Shown in pieces: positions 55,642 through 64,000 of a stretch of DNA of 64,000 nt (position 1 is its first letter; the number at the start of each line of letters is the position of its first letter). The stretch comes from Zygnema circumcarinatum SAG 698-1b (Eukaryota > Plantae > Zygnematophyceae). The stretch spans positions 434,001 through 498,000 of the forward strand of contig CM074808.1 of assembly GCA_037447605.1 (NCBI GenBank), written 5' to 3'. Position numbers and translations under genes: made by a program. Under the pieces are notes generated by a model. It was not told where the DNA came from. It did not search any database and was given only the letters and a program-made list of their open reading frames with translations.

Positions 55642-58600
55642 TCACCGCCCCCCTCCATACATGATAGAATAAGTCCGCAGCCACTCACTCCCTCTCTCCT
55701 CATACTCCGCCTTAGTGAAGGAGTTCACCTTCAGCTCCCCCCCCCTCCTTGCAAACTCCGCTGCTCCATGCCACGCGTCCAGTATCGGGTCATACCCTCT
55801 GACCACATTCACTGCCGAACCCAAGGGTCGAATTTTCCTGATTTCCGCCTCTACTCGCTTATCCATCCCGGGCAGCAAGCAATTTCCCCCGGTCAGCAAA
55901 ATTCTCCCTCGGGCCACTCTCTCCCTTACCTCCGGAGGGCACCTCCTGAGAACTACCTCAAAAATTTCCCCCAGCCCCGCCTGGTCGACCGCTATTATCG
56001 ACGGCTGAAAAATTATTTCTGGTGCCCGAATCCGCCCCACTCCTAAGGAAATTCTGAAGTCCTTCTCAGTGGGCCGCTGCTTGCCCGCCGGGTCTTGGCC
56101 TGCTGCTAAGGGGCCACCTCCGCTAGGGACTCCTGTTGAAGGTGGGGCAATGAATGTGGGGTCGATTTCCTGCCACATACACACATACAGAACGAGAGAA
56201 AGGAAGAGAGAGGGTGTGTGTGTGTGAGAGAGAGGGAGAGAGAGGGTGTGTGTGTGTGTGAGAGGGAGAGAGAGGGTGTGTGCGTGAGAGAGAGAGAGAG
56301 GGAAAGAGGGTGTGTGTGTGAGAGAGAGAGGGAGAGAGAGGGTGTGTGTGTGAGAGAGAGGGAGAGAGAGGGTGTGTGTGTGTGAGAGAGGGAGAGAGAG
56401 GGTGTGTGTGAGAGAGAGAGAGGGAGAGGGTGTGTGTGTGAGAGAGAGGGAGAGAGAGGGTGTGTGTGTGAGAGAGAGGGAGAGAGGGTGTGTGTGTGTG
56501 AGAGAGAGGGAGAGAGAGGGTGTGTGTGTGAGAGAGAGGGAGAGAGAGGGTGTGTGTGTGAGAGAGAGGGAGAGAGGGTGTGTGTGTGTGAGAGAGAGGG
56601 AGAGAGAGGGTGTGTGTGTGAGAGAGAGGGAGAAAGAGGGTGTGTGTGTGAGAGAGAGAGGGAGAGAGAGGGTGTGTGTGTGAGGGTGTGTGTGTGAGAG
56701 AGAGAGGGAGAGAGAGGGTGTGTGTGTGTGAGAGAGAGAGGGAGAGAGAGTTAACATGATCGTCACTAGGAGCTCCTTACACCGGTTTCCCGGCTTTGAA
56801 CACTTTGAGCATTAGGGTTTGTGGGGTCTTTCATTTCGGCCCATCCTACAGCTCCTGCATACTTCCATACACATAAAATTCCGCAAAATTTGAGTGATCT
56901 ACTTTCACTTTCCACATCCAAATTCAAGTCCATGTTCAATGAACCTCCCCTGCTCTGTACCTGCATCCTCATTAGCAGTCTTGTATACTCCCCCCCCTCC
57001 TCCGGGTCCTCCTCTTCCTCCTCCTCCCTCCCCATCTGCTTATAGAGCTGCCAATCCGCATCATCTGCTCCAAAAGTATCCTCTCCTTTGCCTTTATCAA
57101 AAGCAGCCGCTGTAAGGAGACGCATGCGCTCTCTCTGTGCCGCAGTTAAGCGTTCTCCGCGACCGCCAGTTCCAGAAGCAAGAGCACTGCCACCTGTCCC
57201 ACTCACTTTTCGTCGCTTTCTCTGCTCACGCTTTTCGTGAAGTGCATTGAACTTGGCTCGAATTTCATCCAAATACGCGTCAGGATTTGCTCTGCAAGAG
57301 AACGGAAGTCATTTTATAATGAGCAAGAGAGAGCTGGAAGGAGGGCGGGAGGGGGAGGAGAGAGTGAGGGGAGGGGGGGGGGGGGGGGGGGGTAAAGATG
57401 AGAGAACGAGGGAGAAGTGGGGGCGGGAGGCGGAGGGGAGAGAGGGAGAGAGGGAGACCAGGAGAGGGAGGCGAGGGAGGGGAGTGAGAGAGAGCGGAAG
57501 AGAGGGAAAGGGGGGAGTACAGTATATGACACACTCCGCATAAAGCCATGAACAGGGTTCTTTCGGGACTTACTGTCTTCTTATCTCCTCCAACTGCCGC
57601 TCCCTTTCTTCCTTCACTCTCTCTTCTTCTTTCTTTTGCCGCAGTCGGGCTCGTCCCTCCGCTGCATTCTTTACAAACCGCTGCTTCCTCTTTTCTTTGA
57701 GCTGCTCAAATGACCAGATTTATCCAGGAAAACGACCAAGGAGTTTGTCAGGCTGAAAGAAAAAAAAAAAGTGCTGTTTCTAATATCTCTGAGCCCTTAG
57801 ACAACCATCTTCATTGCTACGTAAACAGGGAATGAAATGAAAGAAAGTACAAGACTCGGCCTGAGTTAGGTTACAACCCCTTTTTTTTATATTTCTAGCA
57901 TTTAGCTGACTTTAGCGAACCAAACCTATGGTTCGTACTACCAGGAGTAACGACAAATTTTGAGAAACTTTGTTACTTTGCTAGGTTTTCACTCTGTTGA
58001 TACTTCATTACTTTGAAGATAGTTTTGAGGATTGAAATGGGGGCTATCGGAACTGCAAGAATTTTCCTCAAAGCTTAATATAATGTACAAAAAGGTCTGC
58101 TTACCAGCTCTGGAGTGAGATCTGTGTCAGGAATATCAAGAAGAGGGTATTTTTCTGAATCAGGGATTTCCTCCACAACCTCATCTTCCACAGCTTCTCC
58201 TTTTGCTTTCTTCAATGCGATATTAGTTCTGCTCATATGTATCTCAAACTCCCTCCTGCTGTTAAAGCCTGCCTCTAATAACACCTGTACCAATACAAGT
58301 TACATCACTCAGCTCCATGCGAAAAAATAAACAGTGGGGAGGGAGAAGGGGAAGGAGAGAGACAAAAGCACACAAATAACAACACCTGCATAGAAATCGT
58401 TTTCTCCCAATACCCCAAAGCCCTAAAATTACTCAACCCCCCCTTACCTGCGAGCCATAATTCTCTGAAACTCCCTCAATATCGCTCTGTATCTCTTCCA
58501 GTCTCACCATCTCCTTTTCCAAATCTGCAACTTTTGTAGCTCTTTTTGCTGCTGCCATTTCCTTAAGCCTTTGTCCGGACTTCTCCCTATTGGCTGCTTT

Positions 58601-61600
58601 TCTCTCCAACTCTTCTTCTGTTGGCCCTTCAGGCTCTGAAGGAGGAGTCCACGGAAGCTGCCAAATCTTCTTCTTTCCAATGGAGATTTCTCCATCTTTC
58701 TGCTCACTCATATATGGGTGTTAGGCAAAATGTAAGGCAAAATAAACTACCTGAATTGAGAGGAAATATGTTGAAGCAATTGGAAGTTCATCTCTCATGT
58801 AAAAGGTTTATCTCATTTGAAGCAATTGATTTGTTGATTATTACCTCATATGTGCGTAGTTCTTGAACGTAATTTTCCGCCACATAGCAGTGTCTTTGCT
58901 TCATCTCCTCCACTCTTTCCCAGCTCAAATTCAGTCTGCACTAGTAAAGACCCCCATCCCCGAAAACATACAATTCAATACAATTTGAACGCACGATCCA
59001 ATTCAGATTGCTCCACTTATCCATTCTCTCTAACCAGAAATCCGAGTGCTCTTGAAAACCAGGTGATGTACGAAACCTAAATTTCTACAAAATCCCTTGA
59101 CACAGAGAGAAACAGTCAAACGGAAATAATGCTATCTCTCTTAGAGGAGAAAAAATAGAACAAAAGGGGCAGGTACTGAACGTGTGTTGAGGATACTCCA
59201 AAGAGAGCAGTTGTTTCAAAAAACCCGTCGAATGATATCCTCCAACAGTTGTCCTCACTGTAGCTTCCAATAGAGGCTCACCTCCCACCATCTGAGTGAA
59301 AAGAACCCATCCAGATTCATCATTTTAAGACCAAGCGTATCGCTCTTAATCAAAAGTAGCGACAAACAGAGGAAAGCGATGTAATAACTCTAATGGACCA
59401 CCTTATAAATGGTTCTCTGGAATTAGCAATTTCGCAGGAATTAGTGAGCGGTATGCCTGGGCCTGTGCGTGCGTGTGTTAGAGCGAGAGAGAGGGAGAGA
59501 ACGGGAGAGAAAGAGAGGGAGAGAAAGGGAGAGAGAGAGGGAGAGAAAGTGAGAGAGAGAGGGAGAGAAAGGGAGAGAGAGAGAGGGAGAGAAAGGGAGA
59601 GAGAGAGAGGGAGAGAAAGGGAGAGAGAGAGGGAGAGAAAGGGAGAGAGAGAGGGAGAGAAAGGGAGAGAGAGAGAGGGAGAGAAAAGGAGAGAGAGAGG
59701 GAGAGAAAGGGAGAGAGAGAGGGAGAGAAAGGGAGAGAGAGAGAGGGAGAGAAAGGGAGAGAGAGAGAGGGAGAGAAAGAGAGAGAGAGAGGGGGGGGGT
59801 GGGGGGCATACAGGAATAACATGTGTAGCTCCATGGCCAGCCGAGACGAGAAAGCCATCGGGACCACATAGATTCTTCATTCTATTGAAATTATGAGCAA
59901 AAACAGCATCGATCCCCAATGCTGCCTCAAGCAACCATGCCCCATCAACACATGTATGAGGATCAGTCTTAAGGAGACTCGCCTGTTTGTGCACAAGCTA
60001 TGTAGGCATAGGTGCATCATCATTTGATGTGTGAATGATAAAAAAATAAAAAAGGAAAACAATTCAAGTACCTAGTGAAGGTATTCCGTACACTTCAAAA
60101 AGAAGCTCAGCCATTTTCGAACGCGAAAACAACGGATTAAACGGGCACTCCGTCAGCAGTAACGGATGGTCCACCTGCTCCATGGAACTTTTGGGCCGTT
60201 CAAGAGGAGGACCCAAAATGCAAAAATGTGAGTGCAGTTGCAAAAGAACATGTACAGTGTGCAGTTTGGGCAGATGGGGTCCTTCTAAAGTCGCTGTCAG
60301 CATCGAAATGGCTCGCATTAGAGAATGAGACAGTAATGTGTTCAACAAAATTTTATAACTTACTGAGCCTCCATAGATTCCAAGGCGATCAAACGAGTAG
60401 TCCAAAACCTGTGGCAAATGCAAACAGGCATACAAACAGAAAAAAGTTAGGAAGACAAAAGATTTCTCTGCCCTTGTAGGACTAATATATCTCCTTCGAC
60501 CCATTTAAGAGTTTGCTTCAATTTCACAAACATGCTACTGTCAGACCAAGTAAGAAAAGGATGTGTTCGCATCAACACTACCGGCTGAGCTTCATAAATT
60601 GCAACATTGGAGACTTGCAAGTTACCATTTATGATTTTAAACTACATTAGTGATTGGATGAACAGACATACCGTCTCCATGCACTCAAATTGGTACACGA
60701 CGTTTCCCTCAAACGGAGAGCGCACAGAAGCTCGCGAGTAGTCAAAGGCACGTGTTGTAATCAGGTCATAGTCACCAACTATGTTCACAGTTTGGCCTGA
60801 AAAAAAGATGGGGCATGTCAATAACATGTACCCAAGACAGGATAACTCCTTCAGCCCGAACAAGTGAGTGAATTAAACACCAATCGAAGACCGTAAGTGC
60901 AGTTCATTTCAAGTAGACTCTATCGCCTCGTGCATTAAAATGCTTTCAATGATAAATCATTGCCAAGATTAAGTAAAGCTTTAAAGGTTTGGCACTGACT
61001 GTTGCATAGACTCCCCTAGAATGTGGCATCGAAAAAACACAAAGTCCGCAAAATTTATCTATGTACATTTGATGGCATCATCGCCATCCTGAGATCAATG
61101 GCACATCATTCCTCATTTCACATCAGTCCTCCTTTGCTTTGCATTCCTCTGTGAACAATACTGATTGCTCAGATGGACACATCCTCGAGCATATACGCTC
61201 AGCTACAAGAACATTCGGAGAAACCAATGGAAATAGGCAAAGGGCGTGCAGCTCCTCCCACCTGAAGACTTAACGCGCGGTTTTGCCACAAAATTCCGAA
61301 AGTTGAAACGCGGTTCAGCTTCAACTGCCCATCTGTCGGAAGAGTATGCAGAGCAAAAAAATATTGGACACTCAACATTTAAGCACGGGTCAACTGGACA
61401 ATAAGACCAGTGAGTTAAGATCATTCAAATAGATAATCCAGAGGTTTCAGGCTAGTTACAGTACGGTGTTGAAGTGTTTCGTTAATGCAATTGTCTTCTC
61501 ATTTGCAAACACTAAGAGGTTAAGAAAAACCAAACTGTCTTTCTCACATTCAAATAACTCGACCAGCGCACCAGCCAGTCTTTGGAGCACAAGCTATGGT

Positions 61601-61895
61601 CTTCACTCTTCTTTGACAATTTCAATTTGAATTGTATGGAGGCGTTGTTGCCTGCCTGCTCTTAGTCCAATGAGCTTAGCCTGCAGGTCATTCAGAGTCT
61701 AGTCTCTCACCCGACGCGGCAATGGCAGGAGCCATTATCAATGACCAGAGCAGCATCATGATTGCGCTGAAACCTCTCCCTGTAATCAGTGGACTGCCGA
61801 GGGCGCGGAAGGCCCTCTCCTGCTGTGAAGTTGAATACCTCCTCCTGCTCCTCCTCCTCCTCCACCTTGGAAGCTGCAGCAGCTATAGCAACCAT
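55642..61895 (-). CDS. ARP5: Actin-related protein 5 (INO80 subunit), ~13 exons
   Basis: LVIDNGSCHCRVGWA; RSPFEGNVVYQFECMETVLDYSFDRLG; HPLLLTECPFNPLFSRSKMAELLFEVYGIPS; QLPWTPP; GEDTFGADDADWQLYKQM; LGVGRIRAPEIIFQPSIIAVDQAG; DPILDAWHGA; TKAEYEERG. Confidence 0.94.
56205..56750. repeat. Compound (GT)n/(GA)n minisatellite, ~28-30-bp unit, in the last ARP5 intron
   Basis: Repeated agagagggtgtgtgtgtgagagagaggg seen directly. Confidence 0.92.
59484..59790. repeat. Pure-purine ~20-bp minisatellite (GGGAGAGAAAGGGAGAGAGAGA) in an ARP5 intron
   Basis: Read directly. Confidence 0.9.
61061..61100 (+). repeat. Fifth copy of the foldback core repeat, in ARP5 intron 2
   Basis: ATGTACATTTGATGGCATCATCGCCATCCTGAGATCAATG; possible decayed partner arm at 61163-61176. 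Confidence 0.85.
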
Positions 61896-62052
61896 GGCTA
61901 GTCCGCAGAATCTGAATCCTCCTTCCTTCTCCTTCTCCCTCCTCACTCCTCCGGCTCCTCCCTTTACCCTCAGCCCCTTCGCCCACCGCCCTCTCTTTTC
62001 TCTCCACCCCCTGAATTTCAAAGGATCGTTTATCAGCTCTGTTGCTAGATTC

Positions 62053-62053
<1 letters not shown>

Positions 62054-62112
<59 letters not shown>
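62054..62112. repeat. (GA)n ~29 units upstream of ARP5 (GAGA-element-like)
   Basis: Read directly; ~160 bp from the ARP5 ATG. Confidence 0.9.
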
Positions 62113-62114
<2 letters not shown>

Positions 62115-62937
62115 CAGCAGTCAGGCAAGTGATGGCAATTTTTTGGCTAAACTCTTGACTAGGTTTTGATTACTACGCAGTCGACTTTTAGTCATGACTA
62201 AACTTGGCGAAGAGATCAGAGTCCCACCGATGACTACTAGGTTCCAAAACGTGAAGCCGACCACCTCAAGCTGTTCCCATAAGACTTGGAAGTATGAAAG
62301 AAAATTCCGCTCCTGTCCTGTTTCTGCAAAACGACTCGAGTCCCAGGCATGCAACCCTCCCTCTTTGAAGCGATAAAGAGTGGCATTGGCATTTTTCTCA
62401 CGATGGCAAGCTAGCTATCACATGTGCATGCGTGGACAAAGGCAACATGTTGGACCACCAATGTGGCAATGTGGGACATGAAATCTACGTCACCAACTTT
62501 ACAACAGAGCTGGTGTCTGCCGTACTGCTGAGCTGCCGTACTGGCCCGTGGGACTCTCGGTTTAACGACCAGTTAAACTGTAATGACAAAATGTTACCGT
62601 TACTAGAAACAGAACAATACCACTATACATGTGTCCGCAAAATTTCCCTTCAGATTTTTGTTTAAAAACTAATATCATTTTTGTCCGCTAAATTTGAAAG
62701 TTGGTGTTGCCACTTGCCAGCCAGGTGCTCCGGTTTTGGCGGAACGCATTTGGCGTTTTGCCGTTGCCTGGTGTACGAATATCACACGTGGCTGTCTGTG
62801 ACTGGCTTAATTTTATCTCGAGCGGCGGTGACCTCCAAAGCTTTGACCGGCAAATCCGCCACCGTCGCCGACAAATTGAAAATTATTTTGCCAAGTTTGA
62901 GGCACAGCCCGCATAGAAAATATTCAAGAAAACATAT

Positions 62938-63064
62938 TATCCTGCCCAGACACCCGGGCAGGACACAAACTCGATTTCTTCCAGCGATTTCTATCCTGCC
63001 CACCCATACAGGCAGGATACAAACCAGGTTCTCTCCTGCCCGTTCACTCGGGCATCTCACAAAC
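62938..63064. repeat. Three tandem palindromic units TCCTGCCC-(variable loop)-GGCAGGA-YACAAAC
   Basis: Units at 62938-62970, 62992-63024 and 63032-63064. Confidence 0.8.
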
Positions 63065-63611
63065 GTCCAACGGTGGCCGTACCATGACCATACCGTCCGA
63101 AAACGCGCCGGCCGTGAGATAGTTTGCCGGCCGGCCGGCGCGCTTTCGAGGGGGCATTGACAATCAGCGAACGCCACGTGCCATTCCTTTCCTTTTGGAG
63201 CCGGCCCAAAGGTTTGACCAAACCGCGGGGGCCGACGCTGTTCTCGGCAGTAAATTGGTTGGGAGAGGCCAATGGGGGCGCGCCACGTCTGCATAATGTA
63301 CACGTGGCCAACCGCCATTAGACGACGCTCGAGTGTAGTTCGCAATGAAGGCCCTCCGCTGCTTCACCGGAGAGGTAGAGAGAGAGAGGGAGGGAGAGGG
63401 GGAGGGAGAGGAAGAGATAGCGACGAAGGGAGGGAGGGAGGGAGGGAGGCAGAGGGAGAGAGGGGCGGACGGAGGGAGGGAGGGAGGGAGAGAGAGAGAG
63501 GAAGAGAGAAGGGAGGAGATTCATATTGGGAGGGGGAGAGAGAGGGAGAGGAGAGGGCATGCGTGCAGAATGGCGTTGTGTGAAGGTGAGAGGGTGAGAG
63601 GAAGGAGCGGG

Positions 63612-63675
63612 ATGAAGGTGAAAACTTGGCTTTTGGGGGTCGTCTCTCTCTTGCTGCTGCAGACTGTGCAGAGTG
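63612..63675 (+). CDS. First exon (signal peptide) of a probable secreted or membrane protein continuing beyond the window
   Basis: MKVKTWLLGVVSLLLLQTVQS followed by a consensus G|GTGAGT donor. An in-frame upstream ATG lies at 63570. Confidence 0.55.
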
Positions 63676-64000
63676 GTGAGTCTCTCTCTCGTCCACTCTC
63701 TCTGCCTCCCTCCCTCCCTACTTTCTTCCTGCCTCCCTTCCTCCCTCCCATCCCCCTCCCTCCCTCTTTTTTTCCACTTTTCCCTCTCTTTCCCTCTCCC
63801 TCCCCCTTCAACCTAACTCCCTGGAGAGCCTGTTTCAGTGATCCAATTAGACAAAGAAGCGCCTTTTCCTTCTTATTCTTAACTTTGCCGATCCTCTCGC
63901 TCTTACAAAGAAACGCAGACCTTTTGTGAAATCGTAGGAAAAAAAAATATATATACTCAAAAGGCATTCGTGGGACAAAAGGAAAGAAATACAAAAAAAA

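Noticed and set aside
62938-63064. CRISPR array
   Set aside because: Eukaryotic context, only three units, variation inside the repeat, unequal short spacers and no cas genes.

Overview
Gene-dense, intron-rich eukaryotic nuclear DNA of the green plant lineage. Arabidopsis-type TTTAGGG repeats, plant-type JMJ/MAA3/GT92/cytochrome b561 genes, a nuclear HslV gene and intron-containing tRNA-Cys suggest a streptophyte alga or other non-seed plant (inference). It is a draft assembly with seven N-gaps, mostly in purine/pyrimidine tracts. Genes reconstructed by hand from splice sites and reading frame: RAD54 (+), a JARID1/PKDM7-type JmjC demethylase (-), HslV (+), an unknown winged-helix-like gene (+), cytochrome b561 (-), an orphan last exon of a conserved plant/cyanobacterial protein (+), a SEN1/MAA3 helicase (-), two tRNA-Cys(GCA) genes (-), an AlkB dioxygenase with a UBZ-like finger (+), a GT92 galactan-synthase-like gene (-, 5' part duplicated across a gap), ARP5 (-) and the first exon of a probable secreted protein (+). 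The most notable observations are: (1) a 5-nt microexon that restores the HslV consensus; (2) a ~500-bp JMJ/HslV divergent promoter made mostly of telomeric repeat; (3) a repeated foldback + intron-tRNA-Cys module; (4) G-run rather than polypyrimidine 3' splice sites; (5) oppositely oriented telomere-derived satellites in neighbouring introns of the SEN1-like gene. No database searches were run; family calls rest on recognised motifs.
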